From assembly GCF_040938485.1 (NCBI RefSeq), contig NW_027271056.1:2356001-2420000 (forward strand): a stretch of 64,000 nt of DNA, in the 5' to 3' direction. The notes below the pieces were generated by a model, which worked only from the letters and a program-made list of their open reading frames with translations, did no database searches and was not told where the DNA came from. Both the position numbers and the translations under genes were made by a program. Positions 47,767-59,000 of the stretch are shown here, piece by piece (the stretch's first letter is position 1; every line of letters starts with the position of its first letter). This stretch comes from Diadema antillarum (Eukaryota).

Positions 47767-50198
47767 GGTTTTTCATGTCTTTTGACGAACCTGAAGCGCT
47801 CAAAGATTCAAACAACTCGATGTCGAGAATATAGTTTCGTAGATCGTATTGATTGTTGTACTTGTTCAATTTCGACCACAGAATAATTCCCCCATGACAA
47901 CTCCACTCACCTAATGCATGCTTCTCATTTCATGCTTTCTTGATCAAAGACTATTTCATTGATTTGCAGTGTCATGCCGTTGCAGGAACTGTGAGTCCAT
48001 CTTGGGTCCAGTTATGAAAAGGGAACTTTGTCATACCTTGAGCTAAATAAATCCAAAGAAACAATTCATAACTTAATGAAAGCTAAAGAAAATTGACTGA
48101 TAGCTGTGAAGATTGTGATAATTGTTCTATTGTCTTCGAAAGGAAAACGACCAGCGCATCAATCAACATGTTCTAATTACTTGTTCTTCACCGACGGCAA
48201 CGCATGACTCCGGTCCATTTGATTGCAATCATCAGTGTCCATCCCCCCCCCCCCCCCCCCCCCGACATACACACACCTCATCTTTTCCCCTTCATCTTAA
48301 TTTCAAGTTTACATTGCAGGTTTCTCAGAGAGCACTGTTACAATAACCTTCAGCTGATCAGCAGGGTAGCCAAGCAGAGTACAACGGGGAGGATGGCCTG
48401 ATACATCCCCTTGCCTGTTACTGGCCCCCACGTTTCTGAATCCGAGCTAGGGTAAATAAATCCGACGGAGGAATGAAAATAGGCTCTCTTGGTCCCAATT
48501 ATTATCACATCCCATTCATTACTATAATGACGCATAATTGGCGTGATGTCGCGAACCATTTCTTGGGGTTCTTGTTCCCCACTTATTCACTTCGCGAAAT
48601 GTCTTGGAGTGTTTAATCTACGTCGATTTCATGGGATCCAAATTGGGCGTATCGGATTTCTCTAAGATTTGGGATCCTTTGTGGTGAGAATGCAATTCTT
48701 CATCGAATCATCAAATCGGATCGCCATCGAACTCGCTCTCCGCGCCCAATGCACATCAGAAACTTAATTACGCTATTGGACAGTTTGATTCCCGAATAAA
48801 CCTGTTGCGCATTCTTTTTTCTTGAACTCTTGTTTAGATTTCACATCGTACCTCACGAAATGCCTTACTTGACGTGGCTGGTTTTGAATGTGAATGATTG
48901 GAGGGATTTCTGCACATGTTTGTAATTGGCGACAGTGAAGTGCAAGGTATCTTTCGGACCAAAATGACGAATCGGGACCGCTCTACACATGCGATGAAAA
49001 AAAAAGCACAAACAAAACGATCTAACTACCGCAGTTTCTAACAACCTGTTTTACTACCGACACAGGCATTACTCGACAAGTCATGTGGCAATTGCCGATG
49101 ATTATGCCGGTATGAACACAGGCTTAGATAGACGTAGGTATGCCTTCAAAAGGACAAAGTAACGGGGCACACTCGGAGTTTTCTTCTTCCTACCTGGGTG
49201 ACACATTTGTCTTCGCTTAAATGTGAAGAAGAGAGAGGACGCGGTGTACCCCTTGTGTGTGTGATGGTGTGAATTGTTCCAGACAGACGGTCATTTTATC
49301 CGTAAGTCATAAAGGGGGGTAAACTTTCTCGGCTCATGTGAGTGTCCTTTATTGGACAGATCGGAAACTCGAAAAGAAGACCGGGAGAGACGCACAGGTA
49401 ACAATCACTGACACATCAATCGCTCTACGGTGGCAAAGTATGAAAGCTCTCCCCCCTCTGGTCGATTGAATACCCGGCCAATAATCTCGTCACAAATCCT
49501 GATTTATTAGACTCAGAAGGAGATTCGAAGTTGCGCTGATTGCAAGGGCACAGTCATCCGAGTCCGCCCAGAAGATCGGCCGAACAATCCGACGAAACTT
49601 ACACAACAAAGCGTATACAAGAGTCCGAAAACCTGAAGATGATTCGGGAAGATAAATTGGTATCTCATCACCAGCATGTGTGAAACGAGCATAGAAATTT
49701 ACAAAAGGTGTCCTGCAAATCAATTCGTCTTGGTGGCCATCGTGCCACCAATGCACCCTTAACACCTTCCCTACATTGTCCAACGGTCTTTGACCCCTAG
49801 AAGTTTTTGAAGCAGGTATTTTTAGAGCTAATATTTCACATTCGTTCTTTCTCAATTTTAACGAGCAGTCACCTATACTCACACAAGGTTACACTTTGCA
49901 TCTAAAATAGTTTGATATTTGTACAGACGATTTACTCACTACTCCTAATCTCTGGGAGGTAATATCAATTAATGAGGTCTCAATATCTTCTGATTCTGCT
50001 AATATCTTACCTATCAATATCATGGATTAATGAATAATTTATTTCGGACTCCAGATGCGTTCTCAGTAAGATTTTCCTGTATACAAATCAATGGATACTG
50101 TACTACTGAAATTTGAACGGTTATATTGTGCCGAATTTACGTCATGTATGTTCATTTCGAACAGATTATGGAGTGAAATTTCAAGCTACACACACATA

Positions 50199-50204
50199 CA
50201 CTCC

Positions 50205-50261
<57 letters not shown>
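50199..50261. repeat. (CA)n microsatellite
   Basis: Direct reading; other (CA/TG)n tracts at ~17036, 30742, 41616, 45007 and 52985. Confidence 0.92.
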
Positions 50262-50265
<4 letters not shown>

Positions 50266-52780
50266 GATGACCCATAACAATGCAGAGTCGCAAAATGCAT
50301 GCGTCGTTGGTCATAATTATATCGGAGTTATGGACCTTACCTTTTTTGAAGCAGGATAAAATCACAATGATTGTTGAAGCAAAACTCCACTAACTTTGAA
50401 AACAGAGTTCATGATTCAAAGAGTGACGGAATAAGAAATTCTTATTAGTTGTAATAAGACATACATTTAGATTGTATCATCACGGTTGATAGCTCAACAT
50501 CTTTCCCCACAATGTCACATTTTGTGTGTTTACTGTATGTCAATCTCACGGACGTTTGTATAGCAATCCCTGGGAGACAACGTTATACCCCTACTCTCTT
50601 TCTGTGCAAGAAACAAAATAATTACTATTCCTACCGTCAAATCAGCATATTCAAGTTTCCATTAGGAATACCTAATACATGTAATATGAAGCTATTTCTT
50701 ACACTTGTATAACCGTAATACCCGGCCCTATTCTTCTTGGTATCTGTTGTTGTTCAGTTTGCAAAGTTAATCAAAAAGAAATTCATCCACGTCACTTTCT
50801 CTGATTGATGCAGACAGAAAGTTCTTTTGCGCGTCATAACGGTTGTATTACAGTTAGTCTTTATATTTGTATGTTCATTGTAAAAACATGTTCACCTGAT
50901 TAAACAACGACAACAAATGCCAGCATGAACATGAGCAGCGTTCATGAAGACTTCATGAAACGTTGTACTCTTACATAACAAGTAAACCTACAATGTATTT
51001 TCAGAATGCGATTAGATTATCTTTGCGTGAAGCTGATACTTAAGGTCACCGCTTTCTTAGGATCATTAGGAGTTGGTCTGTTCCTCACCTCAAAATCACA
51101 GAAGTCGACACGCTAGATTAAGCAGCATTCTGGATCTTCGTAGACCAGTTAGTTTCAGACCATTTGCTGGTAAACGAACCGCGTCGGGACCGGGCATGCT
51201 AGACGTAATACGATTTCCCCCCTCCTGACATGTCTCCGAAGCAAACACCGTGGCCCAAACTCCTCCGCCGTTTGTTCCATAATAATGCGCTCCTGGTTGG
51301 AACAATGACACGAAATGGTACATCTCAGTATGCTTTGGATGTTATTTTAGTCGAACATTCAACCACAGAAGATCCGAACAGTGAATGTTATGTGTTTTCT
51401 CCGTTTCATCACCCTGGGTGTTTTGTTGGTGTTGTTTTCATTTCTTCTTGTTGTTTATGAAGCGATCGATCGGGGCATTGCCGTGGTTTCACTTGGAATA
51501 AGCCCCGTACAACTTAACACAAAGCAGGAATAAATTCGGTTCTTAGTCCATGATTCTGCTCTTCACAGAAGTAATGTACATTTTATCCGGTTTTCTGATT
51601 TATCTGGAACGCAGTCACGTCCAGAACCGAGTAGTGCTCTCATAGTGAGTCTTGTTACTATTACGAACACTTTTGTATGCCTAAAGCTATCTCAACTTTA
51701 CGCAGGCATAATTATTGTATTTTACGTCAATCACTTGGAAGCAATAAGAGATAAAGATAAGATGACGGATACATTTGATCGTATATCTTAAGCCAGAGAT
51801 TGGCGATAAAATCATACCATGTCACGACGGCTGTCGGAAGGTGGATTCAGGTTGTTGGTATCCTTTCTATTTCTCGACGCTCCACTGTTTGTGATTCACA
51901 TATTCATGTGCACCTTCTCCGCTCCATTTCGAGAAGAACTTATCAGAGAAAAGTATTATTCTACTGAATCAGGTCTACCGATGGCGCGTTATAGACTTCT
52001 TGAGGTGCTATGGTTCTTTTTTTTCTTAGATCAGACATTCCTTAACGCCAAATATTAATAAATGTATAGCTCTAGCAATTTCTCTTAATTCACTTTCTTA
52101 ATATAGTTGAGGATAAAATCCGAACCAAGCCCGAGCATTTTGTTCATTTTAAGACTCTTTTTTTTTAAAGTAACGAATAACAAAATTCATATGATCCTTC
52201 AAATCGGTTTCCGAACTATCTTGTCGCATACGATTATTGACTCGAACACAAAATCAGCCTTCGATAAAATATTCTTTAAATGCTTTATCCCTTAAATGTT
52301 AAAGTGATTTCAATCATGGGACAAGGTCTTTTATTACTTCAGACACGTAAGTGCGATGGCCATTCATTTAGTCATGTTTATTTTAGAATTCAGACATATA
52401 AAACATAACGAAACATATCACTTCGGCATCAACAACATAATATCTGGCCAGAAGAATCTGTAGGTATTGCATTATCCATGATCTTACATCTCCGGGCTTA
52501 AATACATTCCAAATTGAATTATATTATCTGGTGAGGCATAATCTTCTTTGCGGTATGTAAGTGCAATTTTATCGTATTTCATAATCTAAGATGTAATCTA
52601 TTTTGTGGTATACTGTAGCCTGAAAGAAATATAATCTCTCAAAATTACATATTTTCATGCAAGCTTGGTTGTTGTTGTTTATTGTGTGCCTGTAATCTTC
52701 TCTCATTTATATCGTAATTATTCATGTCAATCCTTATTAGATCAATTCGCCTGCGTGACTGTTTCTTGTCTGTTGTTCTG

Positions 52781-52937
52781 GACCCCATTTCATAAAAGAT
52801 GTTAGGATCGCATCTCTTGCTGGAATGGCAATTTCACATAGCAACAGCCAATCACGAAGCTGGATTCTTGTCGTTACCATGTCAATTGTTATTGCTGCAA
52901 GAGTTGCTATCATGTCAACTTTTTATGATATGGGGCC
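52781..52937. mobile_element. 157-bp PIF/Harbinger-like MITE
   Basis: 17-bp TIR GACCCCATTTCATAAAA / rc GGCCCCATATCATAAAA (15/17) with a 3-bp CTG target duplication on both sides. Confidence 0.75.
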
Positions 52938-52983
52938 CTGGTCTTTCAAAATGCACTTTTACACCCAAAACAGACGCACACAC

Positions 52984-53022
<39 letters not shown>

Positions 53023-53530
53023 AACAAGCAAACATTACTGCTGCATCTCCCATTCATCTCTCATTATTTGATTCGGTACTTATGATACCAGTAGGTGTTT
53101 GATAAACTATCAAATTGCATTCCAAATGATGTATGGCACATTAATATTCAAAATTCATCTTTTTCTTGCAACCACGGTACACGTATCCATGTGCAGTCAA
53201 CATAATAAACTTAAAACTCAAATCATACAATTTGATGTGTAAATTGTTCACACAGGCATTGTAATATTTTGGTTACAATAAATACAATTTTTATATTCAT
53301 ATCACTACCTTCAATATTCGAAACCCTGCAATCTGTAAATGTATACATTAAATCGCATAAACATAGTGTAACGTGACGTTAATATCGAATTCACAGATTT
53401 TTTTTCTTTCAGTCTAGATTACATAGATGTTATCAGAATGTAAAGGGTTTTTTTTGAGAGAGAGAGTTCATTTAAAGTAAACAAAGTCTGATGAAGGTGA
53501 AATCTGTACACATACTCAAAATATGATTAG

Positions 53531-53597
<67 letters not shown>

Positions 53598-53989
53598 GCA
53601 TATACATATAACGAGTTTGATCTAAAAAATGAGTTAACTGTTAACCGCATTCTTGCTAAGTTGAGATATCTGCGATTAAAGCTGCTAAAAACAAAGAAGA
53701 TGATAAGAAGATATCTTAATCATAACTTCAAGAATATTTCGTGTTCATGTTGTAAATGAGGAATCACTGGAAAATTTGCATTTTGCTTTATCCGATTATG
53801 GACTTATTTTGAAACGTTTAAAAGATGGCACTTAGTCCACTTTGCGATTAAACTCTTCATAATATGAACAGAAAGAGAATGAGAAGACAATACAGTGTGC
53901 AATGAATTAATTTTATGGTCAATAGCATTCAGAAGACACAGACCTTCTTTTTGTTGAGATCTCTGTTATTGCTCAAGAATATTCCATAT

Positions 53990-54321
53990 TTTGTCTATTT
54001 GCGTGATTTTGACATTTGCAACACTTTTTTTTTCTGAATAACTTCCGCGTTTGGGAGCGAGAAATTCAAAATACTGTAGTGACAAAATCAAACGAGCTTC
54101 TCTGCTCATGGAAATTTATGAAATGTACACATTTTCACCTAAATCAAAGTAAGTAATTTGTCTATTTGCGTGATTTTGACATTTGCAACATTTTTTTTTT
54201 CTGAATAACTTCCGCGTTTGGGAGCGAGAAATTCAAAATACTGTAGTGACAAAATCAAACGAGCTTCTCTGCTCATGGACATTTATGAAATGTACACATT
54301 TTCACCTAAAATCAAAGTAAG
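53990..54321. repeat. Near-perfect tandem duplication of a ~165-bp unit
   Basis: 53990-54153 and 54157-54321 differ only in homopolymer lengths and one substitution (GGAAA/GGACA). Confidence 0.92.
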
Positions 54322-54779
54322 CCTTGAGCAACGTCTAGGCAGCTAAGAACGCCTATGGTTTCAGAAACACGGTCCATCTCGCAAGTACCTTTTGAGAGGA
54401 AAAAAAAAAGAAGAAAAAAAGTTGACTCATTCTGTGTCCCTAGCGTGGGGTCAAACACATGCTTGAAAGAAAACTGTAAAGTGTAGGGTACTAGCATTTC
54501 ATTGCTTTGTCCGTTCTTACTTCTTCAAAATTAAATAAAGACATGCTTGATGTCTACATATATAAACATTGTACGTGGCTTGAATGAATTCATCACGATT
54601 TAAGTACCGTGGTAGCTAAACTTTAACCGCTGTGATATCTGTATAGCAAAAAATGCTGCTGTGATATTTATGAACATTTGTTTGAAAATGTCGTCTTGTG
54701 GTGGTTTGAGATTACACGTTCACTGGAAATATTGTTGAATTACAACTTGTCAGGGATGCTCACTGGAACCAGCAAAGGA

Positions 54780-55405
54780 ACGCTGCAGATATTAGATTTT
54801 AATGGGTAACTGGTCCACGGCGGTAATGTCACGCGGGTTCATCTGGTCGTCGGCCAATTAGAGACGCGCTTGCAAAACGGGTTAAGAAAGCGTTTGTAAG
54901 TCGGCGGCTGCTGAACCAATCACACAGTTCGATCTATCGCCTTGCCGAGAGGTGACGCCGTAACTGAACTGAATCGGAAAGTCTACTCGGGAGATTTCAC
55001 AACGTTGTGTTGTTGTTTCCCGGGCCCTGTATCCTTTTCAGTAGGCCTGACAGAGTCAACAAAAAGCAACGTGCTACACCAGAAGTAACGGCGAGTTTGT
55101 TTCTCAAAGACGTGCTCACGGAACTTAATGTGTGTGTAGCTTTTGAAGATGATTCCTGACTGACCCACTTATTCAGTCTCAATATAAGTCCATGAACGAA
55201 TGGTTTCATCTGTAGTTTACACTCGTAATCACGCTAGGTATAGAAACAGGCCCCCTGGCATATTTTTTTCCCAAACTCTTCTCTGCAGTGGACTGCAGAT
55301 ATCATTGATCGGACAAGCTTGACTCTTTTGTGACACATTTCCCCTGAGTCGAGAAGCCAGCAGAAACATTTTCATCAGCGGACGTGAAGTGAGAATTAGC
55401 TGGCC
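54780..55405 (+). promoter_or_regulatory. Probable promoter/5' leader of the eh1 transcription factor gene
   Basis: CpG-rich stretch directly upstream of the ATG, with CCAAT boxes at 54854-54858 (within CCAATTAG, a homeodomain-type site) and 54916-54920. TSS not determinable. Confidence 0.45.
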
Positions 55406-56084
55406 ATGCAACCTGCTGGTGTAGCATCAGCTTTTTCCATCGCGTCGCTTACAGCGAGTCTCTCTCACCACCATCCCCAGCCCTACCCGCATCCGGCAGC
55501 CGTCACCACCTCTGCCATGATGTGCGCAGCGGGCTATCCACCAGCGGCGCTGCCGTTGCCGTACGCCAACGCCACATCGTGCTCATCCGCCACTTACGGG
55601 GGATCCCTTGCCTTGCCATCGGCCGGCACGACTTGTGCGGGACGCAGCGGAGTCGACGTATCCGAGATGTCGATGGTAGCGGCCGCCGGAACCCAGTGTG
55701 CAATGAGCAACGCAGCGGGGAGCGCTGGCGGGGGATCAATTCAGTTTGCCGCTTCACATCACCATCCCGAATCGTACTCGCGACAGGGCATTGGGGACAG
55801 CGCGGAAGTGAGCCGAAATCTCTCACTTATACCCAACTCTCGGCACGGTCTGATGGGAGTAGCAGACCTTAATATACCTCGATGGAGCGCCTACAACGTT
55901 GGCCTGGAGCCGGGAACAAACAGTGCAATTTCTTCCAGGATCTCAAACGGACATGGGCTGGACGCAATCCCCACGAGTCTGGGTAGTGGAGGCGGCGGAG
56001 TAGGAGGTGGCGGAGCGGGAGGAGGGAGCAGTCGAGATTACGCAGAAGCGCTCAACTCGCCACCGGCAAGTTATAGCCCAACAG
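55406..56084 (+). CDS. First coding exon of a developmental transcription factor with an N-terminal eh1 (Groucho-binding) motif; best guess Gbx/unplugged homeobox; DNA-binding exon not in window
   Basis: 226-codon GC-rich exon with FSIASL at residues 10-15 and His/Pro/Ala/Gly/Ser low-complexity tracts; ends ACAG|GTATGT at 56085. MQPAGVASAFSIASL, PQPYP and GYP..PY are colinear with recalled Gbx2 motifs (MQRPLGSSTAFSIDSL, PQPSP, GYPMFMPY). No homeodomain seen in 56085-64000. Confidence 0.75.
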
Positions 56085-59000
56085 GTATGTAGGTGAAACA
56101 CAGACATTCATTTCACGGAATTAATGGCACATAATGATTGTGGCAGAAATGTGATCACTACAATTCAAAAGTTGTTATGACCTCTTTATCTGCAGCACCC
56201 TTAAATTCGCTGATATTCTGTTGTGTTTTAAGTCGAACTGCAGTCATGAATGAAATACTGTGTACAGTGAGGTGTCCTGAAACTTGTTCATAGATATTCT
56301 TTTTTTCTTGTTTGCATGTGTGTTTCCATCAAACTCATAAACGGCACAAAAGGCAATGCATCCTCTCATAAATATATGCAACACAAACAGTAGTTTCCCT
56401 GAATAGTGTTGCACTCACTGAAATAGAAGAAGAAGTAAAAACCGATGACAGCGTTATACTATTAGTCACCGTTGTCTTGGCTTTCGCACAAAACTCTTTC
56501 CATCAGACACATTTTCTTCCATAAGCAAGGCTGAATTTTCTTCCCGTTAACATCTGAAATATTCACTCTCAATTTTTTTTCAGTGTATCACACACATAGT
56601 GCTTTGTAAAACGTCAACCATAATCGCTAAAATCCTGTCGATATAGTATAACCGTGTATCTACGATATCGTCTGCAAAACGGCGCGACGCCCAGACAGTC
56701 AGTTGTTATGGGCGACTTGTCGGGAGGGGAAAAAATGAATCCTCTGACTAACAACCAAGACGTTGTGTAAATCATGTTTGCATAATATTCTCTTTAGTGA
56801 GATGACCTCATGCTATGAGTGTGTGAGCTTTTTCTTGATGTCCTCTGCGTATATCAGTCCTCACATGTCCCAGTTTTGTATGGCAAACAAAACAAAGAGA
56901 TCTCTAGCGGACTTTCTGAGCAAAATGTCGCCGTCATTTTTCTTTTCTTCTCCAAAATAACTTCCATGTCTAAACAAAAAAAAAAAAAAAACAACAACAA
57001 CAACGTAGACGTTATAGATGGCGCAATTACTTTCATCGCTTAAACCATGTGATTTCAGAAGACCGTATTCATGGTATATCACAGTGATAGTTATGATTCT
57101 TTCTACAGTATACGGGAAGTAATGTAGCCAAGTGTAGGCAGGCGATTCCTCAGTTGCGCAATGCCTATATCTCCACCTCCTACTCGATACATCTATATAG
57201 TGTTTGTAAAGTTCGATAGCTGAGAGAATTTGGTAGCAATACTCACGTGGCATCTTCGTCATCCTTCTTAATTTGGTTTGAAAAATGTTGAAGACAAATC
57301 TCGAAGAGACAGCGGAGTAATCTCAAGAAGCTCTTGTACAGACGATGGCTACCTCCACAATGCCTTCTCGTGCATTGCACTCCGACCTGACCACGTGACG
57401 CAGTTTCTCATACAGCGTCTTATATCATTGTGTCTTTGTATGCTCGCATCACACACGGCATGGTTGCAGATTTAGTGTTCCATGGGGATCGTTAAACACG
57501 AAGACTTTTCTCCAGACACATTATGGTGAATTCAAGCAGAGAGAAAATGGAAAAACGTAAAGGGGAAAAAATGAATGTATGCTTCGATGTGACGCAATAA
57601 GCGGAATGCATCTAAGGCAACAGGGGATAAAACGTATAAACAGTATAAGAACCTTATCACGACACGAGTAACCATGTCACTGACCTTTAAACTTACAGGA
57701 ATCATCGCTTTCACAGTCAGAATTTCTTCAATTGGAATCAGTGCACAGTTTACCTCATCTCATTCATATTAAGAATTATTAAGTAAAAAGTAGGTAATGT
57801 AATCCCGACAGCATAAGTCAAGTAGGCCTACGTAATCTAGACTGTTGCATTATTTGAAACTTAGTGGCTCTGTGCTCATCACAGTCTCATAACTTCAATG
57901 ATACATCTTCAGCGAATGCAAGATTACAACATAAAAAGCATTTATACCTTGCTATACATACACACACACACACACGTGATATGGAAAGATAGCCACTCAA
58001 ATTGCTCCAAATTGTCATATCTCAGCTAAAATGACTTACGCCTTTTTATGTCCCCTCTTCCGATGCTTCCTAGCATATTCAGTTGAGCGATGATGATCTA
58101 GTTTGCTTAAGACCAACTGTTTTGTAAATATTGCGGTTTAATGGTCCAAAACAGCTGCTGACACAGAAATGTCGTCATGCAGTTTAGCTTTCACAAACAG
58201 GACACCGTCACGTGCTGTTTGTCTTTCGAGGTATATATAGAACTTGATAGAGAATATAGCATTCTGTTGTCAAATGTCTACAGATTACTGTAATTTACTT
58301 TGAGAAGAGTTATCTTATCCTTTTAGGTTTCTAAGACAATAGATAGTACTGAGAATGACAGTAGTTTACTACGTGCCTAAATATTAGAGAAAGTACTGAT
58401 TAGAAGCGTTGTAATTCAAATTTATATTACCAATTTAAAATTGAAACGAACGATATACAGGCAAGCAGTGCTCGATTCAAATGTACAAATGATCTGTCAA
58501 GGTCATCTATAAATAACCGCCTCAGTGATATCTTAAACATCGTTGATGGAGATGAGAAGTTCACGAACACCGTAAAAAGTTCAGAAAAGGCTTCCCTCTT
58601 CGTAATGACCCCTGCTGAAGAACACCATGGATATTCTGATAGCTCTGCTTCAAAGGTCAAGGTGTAAGGTCTCGTTCAAAGCCCTCAGCTCAGGAAATAC
58701 CGTGTAATGAATCTCGACCAATTCACCATCATGGCTAAGGTAGCATTCTTTTTCGTAAATTGTTTTTTTTTTGCAGTCATATAAAGATATACTTACAAAA
58801 TAAAAACGCCTGAATGATCATTTTCTGTCACTATTGCTCCTCATGATGTGACTCGTCCATTGTGTTTGTTTGTTTGTTTGCTTGTTTGTTTTTTCGGTTT
58901 TTTTTCTTTGACAAGACGATACGAACAATTGTATAATTTCATATGAAATCGGTTTGGTTCGATGGAAGTCGATTACATTTGGTTCCTTCATGAACTGATA

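Noticed and set aside
49490-49882. 130-aa minus-strand ORF
   Set aside because: No recognisable family motif or supported exon structure.
55503-55872. Overlapping antisense and alternative-frame ORFs within the transcription factor exon
   Set aside because: Expected shadows of a GC-rich coding exon.
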